DNA of 64,000 bases from Eutreptiella sp. 'Long Island Sound 2002' (GCA_964036045.1 OZ038378.1:188046001-188110000); one strand, 5' to 3'; shown: positions 20,746 through 34,600, counted from the first letter of the stretch. Made by a program: numbers and translations. Notes: generated by a model from the letters alone, not told the origin.

Positions 20746-21282
20746 GGTCAGTAAGGCGGTTGGCGCTGAACTGCCAGCCCAGAGGGCTGTTCTTCAGGGG
20801 TGATCCACAGTGAAATGAATGTAATTGTCAAAGGAACCCATGGTCCTGTGTGTGTGGAATGCGCTGTTGCAGGCTATGCTGCGGATGACCAAGTCCTGTG
20901 CACTACTCATATGGAATAAATTGGTGCAGATGGAGCAACGCTGATGCCAGGCCTCCTGAGTAGCTGGCACCTAAGTCACCAGCCATTTCCACAGCTTTGT
21001 AAAAAACTGGAAAAAAAATTGTAAAAAACTTGTTTAAAAAAAACTGTAAGAAACTTGTAAATAACTGTACAAAGGGTTTTTTGATCCATGCTGTCATTAC
21101 CTGAATGTTGTTGGATGCTTCTTGATGTTTCTTGCGGGCTTATATTAAGTATTTGGAGGCTTTTGGATGATTTGATGCACCAATTAAGCAAGAAACCATT
21201 CACCATCCACCTACATTGCAAACCCTCGTGGACAAGAACAACTACGCGAATGTAGTCTTTGCTATGGCGGAGACACTATTCC

Positions 21283-22945
21283 CTTAAAACAAAATGACAC
21301 ATGCGCCTGTGTGAGCCATGCTGCATACTACGCTACTTCTCAGAGTGCACCCTCTTCCAGATCGGAAACGACCTTTCCACATCGCATGACATTTGAAGGA
21401 TGGCCCACATACACCTCGCACACTTGTACAACAGAGGCAGGCCTTCATGCACGCCCTCCCACCAGCCGAGTCTCTTAATCTGCTGTGTGCTAGGTTGCAC
21501 ACTGTCAAGATACAACTTCCACTCCCCACTATGTTCAATTCTGGGGCACAGATTTACAGGGATGACATGAGGATATAATGATGTCATGAGACAAGATCCC
21601 AAGTTGTGTTGGGCCCAACACACGTGATTGTTTGGCAACATCCATATGTTCAAATAAATACTTCTTCAACTTCTCCATGGCAGCCGCCATGACCTTCAAG
21701 AATTGTGTTTGCGTACCTTGGATGTTATACAAATTGGTACCCGTTGTTGTTTTTTTACGCAACAAATTGTCTGCTTGGAGCCTTAATGTCTTTGTATTGC
21801 ACACAGCTCAGAGGGTGGAAAAAAAACAGAGCGAGCAATCGTTTGTAGATGCAGTGCATATGTGGCTTTGGCCTCATTTGCATCTCAGGTGTACTAAAGG
21901 TTTCAACCACTGCAACCTCCAGGACATCTAACCAATGGAACATCTCTTTTGCATGCTCAGCAACACAAGTGGCTTGCAATTGCACCAAACGGCTGTTTCC
22001 TTGCAGCCAGGTATGCAAATCAACAACTGAGGCAGGGCAATTGGGTACCAGCAGCAAGGCACCACAACAATGTTTGCAGGGTATTCAAAGAAAAGCCAGC
22101 ACGCTTCTTCAAGGGCATCCCATCAGCATTCTGCAATTTCAGGGATTACTATCATGCATGATGATGATGCAGAACCCTGGCGCCGATCAGGTGTCTAAGA
22201 TACTTGCAATGAAAACACGTGAATCTCTCAATTGCATTGTGGGGTCTGTGCACAAGAAAAAGCACCTCGGAGACTTGGGTCAAGATTGACCCACGGCTGT
22301 CCCCCATGCAGGTAGGGTTGCTAGGTCCACGGGCAGATCAAAACTTGGGTACTACCAACAATACAAGAACTCTATTTTGAAGCTTTTTCCCCCACAGTAT
22401 GCAACTTCTAAAGCAAACATGGGGTCCAAATGTGAGGTTGTACATTTGTCCCCTGTGGACAAACCTTCAAGATACCAGTACCTCCAAGGTAGACGTATAC
22501 GGGAACCCCTTTTAGGTGTGTCTGCAGCCCAGAGGAGTTGCACTAGCACATTGGGAACTGTGAACCCGCGAACTGCCACCTGGGCGGGCGAACCGCCACC
22601 CTGGCGCGCCAACAGCCACCCAGGCGCGCAACCCGCCACGTGGGAGGGCGAACCGCCACCAGGGCGCGTGAACCGCCACTAGGGCGCGCGTACCGCCACC
22701 AGGGCGCACGTACCGCCATTTCGGCGCGCCAACCGCCACCTCGGCGCGCGAACCGCCACCACCCCCCCACCTCCAGAGAAGACGATGACCATGAAGCATT
22801 GTTTTATGCCAATTGTGTGTGCACTGTGGTGATGATGTATCTGAATGTGGCACTTGCCGTTTGAATATGTGCAAAGCATGCGAAAGCAGGCCGCACCAAC
22901 TGGAATTCCCGAAATAAATGCCTTAAAAAGGGAGGGCGGGGTTTG
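21283..22945 (-). pseudogene. Decayed hAT-family transposase
   Basis: Frameshifted fragments in hAT order: LFKAFISGIPV; PNCPASVVDLHTWLQ...AEHAKEMFHWL; AAAMEKLKKYL; and C-terminal dimerisation motif KLYL...WWE...LPLLYKCARCMWAILQMSCDVERSFPIWKRVHSEK. Confidence 0.7.
22561..22762. repeat. 20-bp minisatellite (GAACCGCCACCNNGGCGCGC), about 10 units, inside the hAT remnant
   Basis: Head-to-tail units with no spacers. Confidence 0.85.
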
Positions 22946-25227
22946 GGTGGAAAGAACGGGTGTTGGATTGCTAAGGGGAACCGGAAGCTGATCGGAGGGA
23001 AGCTGACGGCGGTCTGCGAGTGTCTGTTGGCGGTTAGATGGTAAGCGTCGGCGGCTGAAGGATAATAGCCAAGGGCTGAACGGTTGCCAGCGCGGTCCCT
23101 GGCGCCGGTAGCGCCGGTACTTAAGAGAAATCTGTGCGACACAAAACCGGCCCGCTGTCCCTCCCAAACCCTATTAGCCCCGTTGGTGATCGGTATGTTT
23201 ACTGGGGCTCGAGGACCTGTGTCTCCTTCTTATCTTTCTCCATCTCCGTCAACCCGTTATTCGCCTCCTCCGTCTCTTGAACTCGCTCCATGCGTTTTCC
23301 ATGGGTTTGATCCATGAGTATCCCACCCCCTCTTCCCCTCTCCCTTTCGCCGTTCCTCTCCGTATCGCCCCGCAGTCTTCTTCTCCCTCTCTCCTCCTCT
23401 GCCTCCCGCTTCCCAGCGTCCAACAAGGGCGCAGGATGATCCGAGGAGACGGGCTAGAAGAAGCACAGAAGGGGGGTGATTGGGTGACGCGCAATGTTGT
23501 TCAATCCGAAGCGCGCGTCCAACATCTTCATGGTGAGTGCTGGTACGGACTTTCCAGCGCTTTCTTCGGGAGTGTGCTACACTAGGCCCCCTCCTGTGCG
23601 TCTCTGATGCCATCAAAGCAATGGGCATTCGTGGACTAGGTCACAAAAAGAAATGTGGGTCTTGAGGAGACCCATTCAACCCATTCGCCAAAACCCTCAT
23701 GGAACACACCTTGCAAGACAAAGTGGCATCCCGTTCCCTCTTTGGCGTCATTGTGAGCTGTCACCCAATTCCCCTATTGAAATTGTTTCGGATGTTCGGA
23801 CAGGTGCGGCGTTTATGTTGGTGGGGCCAATTTCGCCGAATCTCCGTTCACTCTGAGTCATATCAGATCGCGCATAATCGTTCGCGAGACTTATGGCATT
23901 GTCCCACCCAAGACCTTCCGCTCGCTCTCGTCAACCGACAGGCAAAGTGCTTGACCGCGCCGTGCGATCGGGTCCCCCAAATCACTGCGCTTTTGGGAGC
24001 AAAAAGCCACGGCCGCATGAAACACATTTCACACAATTCAATTGAATGACCCACAAAGTGCTTCTGCGTCTCTGGGGCTTTCGATTGCCGGGGGAGGGGG
24101 AGGGGGGCGACAGAGCCCCCTGGCCGGACAACCCCTCCAAAAATGCGGGCCCCATTGACTGGACCCCCCAAAAGTCCCCCAGGGCGGCCCGGAGGTGACC
24201 CAGACCCCAAACATCAGAAACAGTGCCAATGATGTTGTCGGACGAGGGAGTCCAGGAACGTCATCATTTGTCTGGGATTCAGTGAAAACCATTTTGAACA
24301 TGTTCGACCCAGAAAAATGTCTCAGGTGCCTTCCGCGCCAGACATCACAGTGCCGAATCGATGGTCCCGTGAATGCCCAGCCAAGACTACCCCCCCCCCC
24401 CGGGAAACGAAAATCCGACTTCCCCTGCGCATGTGTCATTCCGTTGAACCAGCACCATAAACCCCCCTCGTAGGGCCAAAAGACGAGGCCCGTCGGACAT
24501 AGCGCCACCGGGTCATTCAATCATAGCACAAACTGGGAAGTGCAGCAAACCGAAAGGGACTGTACCGCTGTGCTGCTGAGCAACGCTTCCTTAAATCGGC
24601 AGGCGCCGGGCTGTCTGGGGCACAGGGGAAGGGGGCTACCGCCCCCCTGCAACACGAAACCTGCAGCGTTCTTTGCGTCGTAGGCAATTACAGCTCCGAG
24701 GGGGGAAGAGACGTCCTACACAGAGCTGTCCCTCAGAGTACACCAAAAAAAAAAACAACTTCTGAGGTCTGGTGCACCCAGCGCCGCGGTGGGAAGATCG
24801 CAGACGCTGATTGAGGGGCAACCGACGGCGTTGGAGGGTAACCGACGGCAGTTGCACGGTGTCGGTGGCGGTCCCTAACGGCCACACTGAACAGAACTCA
24901 AAAGTATGCCTCCTGAAGGACCCCCCCCCGGTCCTGCACGAGCACCAACCGACGGATCCCGGCCCCTGGTCCACAGGCCAGCGCCTTTCCAGCCGCCCCT
25001 TGTGGCCTCGAAGCATTCGCTTGACGCAGAAAAAGAGGCCCACCGCCGAAGTGCCCGCGGGGCCCTCCCACGACCAAAACCAAAGGCGCTGCAACGCAGA
25101 CTTCCACGTCGCGGGTCTCTCTCCAAAACCGGAAGTACGCTGCCCATGAAATGACAATCGGGATCGAGGGCGCACGACCCCACGCCCGAACACGTCCGGG
25201 CACGGCTCCGCAGTGCAGGGCCCGCCA

Positions 25228-25643
25228 TCACTGCGCTTCATGTGACATTAGCACCCGCTCCAAATCCTCGAAATTGTGACGGTTGCACAGTTCGCGCAGC
25301 AGGGCCACACACGCAGCGTCCACCTGCCGCATGTCCGGCGCAGACGCGGCAGCTACTGATGAGCCCTCCGTGACACCGGGCGAGGGGCCTTCACACGCAA
25401 GTGCGACGGCATTGCCCTGCGGGGCGGCAGCAGTCGGTGCTATCCCAAGGATTCCGCACACCATCCGCAGGCGGCCCCGCATCCAGTCAATATCTGCAGC
25501 CTCTGTGCATTCCCAGTCAAGCAGCGTACTTAAGCGGAAAAGGATGTGCAGGCGCAGCAGCCCTTTTTGGTTTGACACTCCAGCAGCAGAGGCCAGTGTG
25601 GCGGCTTGCGCTTCGATCTGCATCCAGCACGACTCATCAAGAC
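25228..25643 (-). CDS. GEMIN5: Gemin5-like terminal exon
   Basis: atgtcctgcag|GT; LDESCWMQIEAQAATLAS...LERVLMSHEAQ*; TGA at 25228-25230. Confidence 0.75.
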
Positions 25644-28600
25644 CTGCAGGACATGTGCATCTTGCGCAGAAAGCAAAAGAGAAATACCATGAGAGGGCGA
25701 TACAGGACGTGGGTGGGGTGGGGGGTGGGGGGGGAGAAAGACAGCAAGGGGGGGGGGGGAGAGAGAGAGAGAGAGAGAGAGAGCAAGGGAGAGAGAAATG
25801 TGGGGGGGCGAGGGAGAGGGAGAGGGAGGGGTGGGGGAAGAGAGAGGGGGTGGGGGCGCAGATGCAGAGGCAGTGGCAGAGGCAGACATAGATGCAGATG
25901 CAAAGCGAGAGGCACATGCAGAGGCAGAGGTAGAGGCAGAGACAGAGACAAAGGCAGAGGCAAAAGCACAAGCAGGCACAAAGGAAGAGGCAGATGCAGA
26001 CACAGATGCAAAGTGACAGGCTAGGCTTACAGAGGCAGAGATAGAGGCAGAGATAGAGAACCAATGAATCTCAACACTAGTACGTACCGCATTGGAGCCC
26101 TGCAGTGCATATCCAGAGTATATGTCGAGAATTTGTGACTGACTCGCCCCACAGTTGAGGTGATAAGAGCCCAACTGGAATGTGATAGGGTATTATTCAA
26201 CCTCCCGCAGAGGAAATATCTCCAGCAGCAGGTCCACATTGCCACGACCGCCCAACGGGTACCCCTACAATATGCCTCTGTTGACGCTTGGGGATTCGCT
26301 CAGTACTACAAAACCACATGGCATGGCCCAAGTCCCATGGCACTTGGTGGACCTGATGTTCATGTTTCCATGACAACAGCCCAAGAACCGCGTACCATGG
26401 GTGGTGAGTACATCTCCCAGCATGGCCCAAGACAAGCAAGTATGCTAGTTCGGCCCCAACCACATTGATTGTGGCCTTGTTCGGCAGACAAGGTTCACCC
26501 ATGGTGTTGTATCCTTTTGTTTAGATCAAATCAGTTTGAGGTGGTTGTGGGCCCAAGGGCAGCTGCGTAGCTGAAAGTGCTGATGGGGACCGTGTCGAGT
26601 TGAAGGGCACTCTGGCAAAATCCTTGAGAGCCGGGTGAGGAACACTCCTAATCTGGGCCAGAACAGAGGTCAAACTAACTCCCCTCTTCCGACAGTCAAT
26701 GGCTTCTACCAGGTCAATGCAGGTTCATTCCAGCAAAGCCGGGGCCACCAACTAGCAGCAGCAATGTGTGCAAGGGGACAATCGCAACCAACGATTGCCT
26801 AGCATACTACTCTCTGAGGTTTTTTTGAAACCATGCATTGGTCCGGGTTGGGGGTCCTGAGAAGGGCAGGGGGGGGGCCTGTGCGGAGCAACACGTCAGC
26901 CCCCCCTCCCCCCCCCTGGCTTCAACAGCATGCAAGAGACTGGGTGTACAGGAGGCATCGGGCCAGGAGCGGTCGCTCAGACAGTACAAAGTAGCAATGC
27001 AATGAACCCCGCACGGTTCCTCCCCCTCGGGCTGTCGGTACGAAACCGACAATCAAACTGTCGTGTGTCACCTGTTGCTTTGCGGCAGTCCTGTGCCCAC
27101 TGTAATGTGACGATGGCGGTTGTACGCCAGCCGGTCATCCCTGACGTTGTGCAGAAATGCTGTCACATCATGCCATTTCGGGTCAGGACGCCCCTGTAAT
27201 TGGTCTCCATCCCCGGTTTTACACCCAATGGGGAGCCTTTTGGACCTCTTGGCATGAACCAAGGGTGGACAAGTATGCAATGCGCCATCAGAGTATAGGG
27301 GACGAAGGGAAAGACTTTGTGGGGGGGGGGGGGGGGGCGAAGACACAAAGTGAGAGGCACATGCACATGCAGAGGTCTAGACAAAGGCAGAGCCAAAGGG
27401 ATAAGCAGACGCAGGCGAATGCAGAAGTGAGGGTGAGGGAGAGAGGTTGAGAAGTGAGGCGAAGAGAGGCAGAGACAGAGACAGCGGAAACACAGACAGA
27501 CGCGAAGCTAGAGATGGTAACAGAAGCGGTGTGTGACGATCCCATTCAAAATCCCGGCAAGTTATCCAACGTTTGCATCCGCATGAAACACGTGGCGGCC
27601 GACAGGGGCGAGGTTTTCCATGAAAGTCACACTGCCACGGGAGCAATATGAACCGGTCTGGGCATCGGGTGTCAAATTGGACGCCGTTTCAAAGAGGCAA
27701 ATGACATCCAATGTACATTATGATTGGCCTATGGAGGAGGGGAGGAAAACATTTACTTTCTGACGCTGCTCATGCACGCCGCCTGTTGCCCCTTGTCCCT
27801 CATGACGTCTATTACTGATGCCGCTGCCGCACACTTTATACGCCGTCTTGCCCAAGACTGTGAAGTCTTTTTTTGCGGGGGGGGGGGGGGGCACATCCAC
27901 AAGGGCATAGGGGGCGGCTGGTGCATAACCCCAATAAAAAAGGGCACCATTTTCAAGTGAGGGCAGACCTGTGTGGCCAGCAGACACACAGTGTGGACAG
28001 CGCCTCCGGAAGCGTGGACTGGAAGACGTATTCAACAACGCCGGCCACCAAGGGCTCTGGGCCCCGCTTCACTCCAAAGCACGTGACCGCAGCACATTAG
28101 TGTCTTGTGTCACCGTGAAATTTGGGGGTTTGGGCGGAGGACAAACAAGCGACGAGGGCTACCTGGTCCAACCAAAGGCCCTGCCACAGACTCCTCCGGT
28201 GGGGCACACTCCTCCGCCATCTGCACTGCACCGCCGTCTGACATGTGCACATCCCGAGAGCCCGCCACGTCACTTGGCCCTCCGTCTGCCGTGCAGGCCG
28301 CCCCCGGATCCGCTTTTGTGTCCGCCTCAGCACTGTTCAGATCCTCGTCCACACTGGCACTCGCGCCTTCATTGGGGGCGGCCACCGCGGGAGCGTTCGT
28401 GTCGCCCGGGGTCTTGCCAGGGGCCTGCGCGGCCGCCACACGGCACAACTGGCGGCACCACGAGCCCAGGCCGGCGTACCGCTCTCGAGCAGCGGCTCCA
28501 GCATTTGACCGTGCCTCCTCGACCCACACAAGTCCGCTCCTGCACGGCACAGCGTAGGCGCAGGGCGGGTGGGAAATTGCCCCGAGGGGGGGGGGGGGTC

Positions 28601-31600
28601 GTATGAGCCCCGTTTTCAAGATACCCCCCCCGGAAGGGGGGGGGGGGGGCTCTTCTGTCAGGCCATTACGGGGGCAGACGGTCCGCATCGGACCGACATG
28701 GGGACCAAAAACCAAAACAAAATGAAAATGACATTTTGGGAATCAGCGCCTCGAGGGGGGGGGGTCAGAAAAGCGGTCATTTGCCCCCCTTTTGATGAAA
28801 AGGATTGCAAAAACTTTTTGCCAAACATGACAGAAGAGCCCCTTTTCCAGCCCCCCCCCCCTTCCGGGGGGTCGTGGGGGCTCATACCGCCCCTTCCCGC
28901 CTTGGGGCAACATTCCACCCGCCCAGGCCTCGTCCTTGGGCACCCGCAGATCATGGCAGAGTGCTGGCAGTTGATATTCCACCGACGCCCGGCGACATGC
29001 GTCGGGTCTCGGCATCCGCTTCAGTCACCACCTCAGAAGTCACTCAGTAGTCCCTTCCGTAGTCACTTCACGTTCACTAGTGAATGCCACAGACACTTTA
29101 GTCAAGGCAGCAGTGCAGCTACTTCACGCCTGGTGCCCGTGGGGGGGGGGGGGGGCGATGAAGGCAGAGTAAATTTGCCGTTTGGTACTTCCGGGTGTAC
29201 ACACCGGGTGTGAGTTGATAGAAAAAGGTTTCACGTTGCTTGCTACGAGCTACTGGGGAAAAGTACTGTGACTCGATGGAAGTGGGACAGCTGTCCCTCT
29301 GCTTACAACTGCTGCTTCCCGCGACTTCGTGTCAAGGGTGGACCGGATCTACGGATGCAGGCTAACAGGGTCACAGCTCCTTCCCCCAGGTTGTGCCAGG
29401 TCAGCCATACGTTAGCACACAGGTTGCACGGTGTGGCCAGGGGGGGCGTGGGCAAGGGGGGCGGCCTGTTCAAATTCTAGACTCCAACCGGGTGCAAAAA
29501 CTTTTGGGGGTCTGGAGGGGGGGGGGGGAGGTGGGTCGGCCGGTCAGCCGCCGGGGTCCCTAGAGGGGGGTCAGTGGGTACCCCAACATACGTACCTCAA
29601 AATGATCCCCATGACGCGCTGATCAATTTGAACATACACAAATGGGGTAAAAAATTTTTCAGAAAAAATTTGCCCATTGGCTCAGGCTCCTATCAGCCAA
29701 GGTCAGACCTGGAGGTCAGGTCAGGGGTCAAAAAAAAATCTGTGTTTTTCAAAAATTTTGAATTCTAAAATTCTGAGTATATTGAGTATAGACAAAAAGG
29801 GTGGAAAAAAATATACCCCCTCAGGAAGGGCAAAAAAAAAAAAAATTCGGCGCCTTTGGCGCCGACCCTTTCCCCCAAAATCTCAAATTGGAGAAAAACG
29901 GGTTTGAAAACTTTGGGGAGGTCTGGAGGGGGGGGGGGGTCTGGAATTCGAACAGGCCGCCCCCCTTGGGCGGGGGATTGTCGTGTGTGTGCGGGAGGGG
30001 GGGGGGGGGGGCAATAGGGCCTTTGTGGTCAGTGGAGTTTCCCCCGTCATTGCCATACCCCTCACCCCGTTGCTCTCTCCGAGATCCCCGCCTCAGTGCA
30101 GCTCACTGGACCTTCTGAGGCTTGGGGATCGGTGGTTCTGGCTGCCGGTTATGGCGGGTGTGGCAAGCCTCCGCCGATTCCGCCCGCCCCTGTGCCCCCC
30201 TTCAGACTTGCAACGACCTCCTGGGCCTGCCCCATTGGCCCCGGGGCATATGCTCCTCGTCGGTGGCCACCCGTACGCAGACGGATTCGATTTGCTGGCA
30301 GGCCCCCATCCTGTAGACCCTGTTCCTTTGGTGCCCCAAGGGGCAGCCCCCTGGTGGCGGGTGGGGTGGTCGGTGTGGGGGGGGGGGGGGGGGCATACGG
30401 GATTGGCGGCCCACACCCTCCCCATACGGGATTGGCGGCCCACACCCTCCCCATCCCCATCCCTGGGGCACCTCCTCGAAGGCCTGCGCGTGTGGACCTG
30501 TCCCACACGGAGGGCTTGGGCTTGCGGCTCTCTACCGCACCGGACCCTGGAGAGCCTCCCTTTCGAACCGACAAGGGAGGGGACAAAAGTCATTTGCGGG
30601 GGGGGGGGGGGTTCGTTCCAGCCCTCAAAAGGGGATCTCGTAACAAAACCCCAAATCTGGCGTGGGAGGGCCTGCGAAAAAGGCGGGCTGGGGCACCCCA
30701 ACAGGTTTGAGTAAAAAAGCATCCCCCTATTCACTGATCCTTTTGAAGTATGAAGAAGAAGAAGGTTCTGGATCATCCTGCATGTTTTTCACTACCAACC
30801 CCCCTCCCGCCGCCCGCTGTGAGAAGGAGACACAAAGCACTCACGAGGAAATGATCGGTAGGCGCAGCTCATTCGTGACACTGTGGCGTGACACTAGCAC
30901 CTTCTGCTGTAACACAGAAGCTGTCCCGGATGCAGTCCGTATGATTGGGGCAGAGCCACATTGTCACACAGCGCCCTGGTCGTAACAACACGCCAAAGCG
31001 GCGGAAGAAGGCTGGTGTACAGTTGTCCTGCTACTGTCCAAACCCCCGTCCTGCCTGTTCGTCCGCATGTAATGCCACTGCTGTCCGTGGAACGCCAAGT
31101 GCTGTCTGCCCACTGCGCAATGCGAGGGTTCAATCTTACAGCAACACCGAGGTCGGCCACAATGCACAGCGCAACGACACCTGAGTAAGTGCCCCAAAAA
31201 TGTGTCCGGCGAATCCTTCAAAATTGCGCTGAGCAGAGCACGTGTCACATGCAGCGCACTAACCGTTGCAGGTGTCGTAGCATAGCCCCTGAGTCATGTT
31301 GCAGCATGTGCAGGGTGGTACTGTGACATTGTGAGCAGAGGTGGGGAGGAAAGCGTAGCTCAATTGTGGAAATAAGCGTAAGTCGCTTTTTTTTTTTGGC
31401 GTAAGTCGCGTAAAAAAAAAGTTTACACGACTTACACCAAAAAAGAATTAATTTCCGTCGAAAAAAAACGCGACTTACGCCAAAAAAAAAAAGTCGGCGT
31501 AAGTCGCGTATGGGGAAAAAAACCCCATTTTTCCAAAAAAAGGCGGGGAAACACAAGAACCACCCAACAACCTATGACTATATTGCTGCCGGTGCCACCG

Positions 31601-34600
31601 GCTACGAAGCTCAAGCCAGCGATACCACCTAAGTCCGGTCACCTCGGACCAACTACATTCTTCGCATGCAACCATAATGGCGTGGGGCCAACTACAAGAA
31701 GTCGGCAAACACACGCTTGTAGATCAAATCAGACCTTGTGTCCGATGCCTTCGGCTTTGCACACGGATTCGTGTTCGGCGCACAAGCGTTACGGATTTCC
31801 TTCACAAGCAACTCTTCCAGCTCTCGAATAAATCGTTTGTCGTTCACCAACCGACCCTCTGCGCCCTTTGGGTACGCCTCGGGCACCTCAAAAAGCTCCC
31901 CACGGATGAACACTTATGGACGGGCATCATCACTTGTGGGGGGGTTAGAAGAGGAAGTGGACTGCGGGGTTGGTGGAGGGGCCTTAACATTGCCCTTCAC
32001 TGACTTCCCATCTTGGGGCACGTCCTCGGAGTAGGGGGCCGGGAAGGCAGGGGATTTCTCCCACCGTTGGCTCCAAGGAGGAGGCAGCAATGTTGCCCTC
32101 GGGTTCCGAAAGAGGATCCTCTTCATCAAAAAGGAGGGGGAAAGTAGATGGGGGCAGGGACTCAGGGTTGGAGGCTGGGGTAGGAGGAGATTCTCCAGGC
32201 TTCTAGCAACTCACCTCCTTCTCCCACCCATTCTCCAGGATGGTGCCGGGGACTCGGACAGGGCAATCTGCATTGATGATGCGCAGTGCGTGGATTGTGA
32301 GTCCCTAACCCCAACTCGAGGGGCCACGCAACAAAGCGTGGATCGTGAGTCCCTAACCTCAACTCGAGGGGCCACGCAAAAAAGCGTGGATTGTGAGTCC
32401 TTCTCCTTATTTTTATTTTTTCTGGCAGTAGGTTGCGTATCGAAATAAGTATAGGTCGCGTAACCAAAAAAGCGTACCTTACTTTTTTTTGGGAAAAAAG
32501 AAGCGTAACTCGCTTATTTATTTATTTATTTGCTGTAGGTCGCGTATAAAAAAAAATAGGTCGCGTAGCGAAAAAAGTGTACCTCGCTTTTTTATTAAAA
32601 AAAAAGCGTAACTCGCTTATTTATTTATTTTTTGCCGTAGGTCGCGCATCAAAAAAAGCGTAGGTTGCGTATCAAAAAAAGCATAGCTCGCTTTTTTTGT
32701 AAAAAAAAAAGGCGTAAGTCGCGTAACTTTTGTTTTAGGTGTAGGTCGCGTCACAAAAAAAGCGTACGTCGCGTACCATACATTTTCGAGTTTTTTTTTC
32801 CCACACTTGACTTACGCCTAAAAAAAAAAATAAATAAGCGACTTACGCTTGACACAGGGGTAGGACCCATTCACGTACAAAACAAACAACCCATGGATGT
32901 TTTTGATGCCACACCACTGTTGCGACGAGGGACTCCACACTGACCCGGTTCACCCCGGGGAGGCACTGCGAGCGGCAAACGTGGCCCTTGACAAAGCCCT
33001 GGACATAAGGCAGAGAGGGCCCTGAAGCGGATGGCTGACATGGTGCAGCAGCGCAAGGAGGCATCCAAAGCGGCGCCAGACCCTGTTCAAGCGCTGGCAC
33101 TAGTGGAGAAGGAGGAGACGCAGCAGCAGCTTGTGAAGAACGTCATGTCAGCGATGGTGTTGAAGAAGGAATCTGAGCGAGCTCTTGGTGGCTCTGCTGT
33201 TGTGAAGCGAAGTTGCCACACTGTTAGCGGTCGATCGTGAGCAGCACAGCGCGGGGACTGCTCGCTGGGTATCGGGTGTGAGCAGCTTGCTCGCCTTTGG
33301 GCTGCAAGGCTTGTGGGCAGACATTGCGGTGTGCCATGTCTGCTCTGTGTCAGGGGGCTGAAGACCAGGCCCCCTGACACTAGGCCCATCACCCCACACA
33401 ATGTCCATCACCTTGACTTCGCCCATCTTCCTGTGCTTCATTATCACAGGTGGAGTGGGGGGGCGAGGGGCAAATCGATCTATTTTGTGCACCAGCACTT
33501 GATCCGGCTGCCTCTCCGTTTTCTTGACTGTTGCTATTGCCTTGTGTTCCTGGTTTTTCAGGGGGGCACCTGATCAAGAGGTTTTGGGAATGCCGCACAC
33601 CACATACAAGCGTGATTTACTTCAAACGTAGCAGAGTGAGGGAGTGAGTGAGTGAGTGAGTGCGTGCAGGGGATCCCCACCTCAGTAGGTCTATACTCGA
33701 CTCTTCCGCACTATCTTGGGGCCGGAAGGGTGCATGCGGGGGAGGGGGGGGGGGGGGCTAGTTCCAGGCCACAAAGGGTCAGGTTTGCTTCTTCACAATT
33801 AGCTCCAACCGTGCCTACCACGACGGTTTTCATTGCTTTCAGTTCAGTGTACCAGATTCAATCCTCTGAGTTTGCTGTCTGAAATGGCTGGGGTTAGGAC
33901 GGTGTCCCTATCAGTTGTCGCCTGGTGAGCTGTGGGTAGTGCAAACCCTCAGCTGGGCATACGCACTTGGGCTTAGCCGATCGGCTAGGTCAGGGGGGGG
34001 GGGGGGCAGCTGCCGGCCCAGGAGCGGGAGGAAAGAGGGCAAGGCTTAGGGCGTTGACGGATGAGAGCACTCCTGATTGCTGCTGAGGGTCCCCATCCCA
34101 GGGGATGCACACATCAGCCGATGCATGTTGGAAAAAAAGAGAGGGGTGGGTCAACACCAAGTTCAGTTTCGTTGACTCTGCCTTCACTCAGCTTCTTCAG
34201 AACCCACCGATCACCAGGCGGCTGTGTGATCCGCCAAGAAAATGAGCCAAACCGTGCCACCTACAGGACTGTGTTCAAAGATATGTTGTTCTCTTTTGTG
34301 GGACACTGTCCACGGCACCTGGCGACATTTGTTAACCAACAGCAAAACAGAAAATGTCCTGCCATGCAATGTACTGCACATGGAGACATGCCCAAATGGG
34401 GAATCAAATCTGGTACCCCAGGGCCTGTGCACAGGGCTTCGGGTCCGAGGCGTTACCCGTCTCGGACTGAGGCAAAGGGGCGCACACCTCACGTCCTCCC
34501 AATTCTGCAACGTCTTGTCGTATCGGCGCAGCACAGACAACATTTCCTCGGCACGGGCCCCATCGGACACGGAGCCGCCGCCTACCGGCCCGCACCACGC

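Larger units (their letters stand above)
31374..32850. mobile_element. 1.48-kb element bounded by inverted repeats and multi-copy GCGTA(A/G)GTCGC subterminal arrays
   Basis: Perfect 15-bp inverted repeat AAGCGTAAGTCGCTT (31374-31388) / AAGCGACTTACGCTT (32836-32850); motif arrays at 31374-31510 and 32425-32850. Confidence 0.55.

Noticed and set aside
19547-20803. Plus-strand ORFs of 418 and 400 aa
   Set aside because: Antisense shadows of the GC-rich PAAT-like CDS; low-complexity R/P/A/S sequence.
22561-22762. CRISPR-like array
   Set aside because: Contiguous 20-bp units without unique spacers, no cas genes, eukaryotic context; it is a minisatellite. The same applies to the 21-bp GGTAACCGACGG family.
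26160-27720. Plus-strand coding-like fragments (26160-26468, 27510-27650)
   Set aside because: Possibly decayed retroelement sequence inside an intron, but no diagnostic RT, endonuclease or integrase motif.
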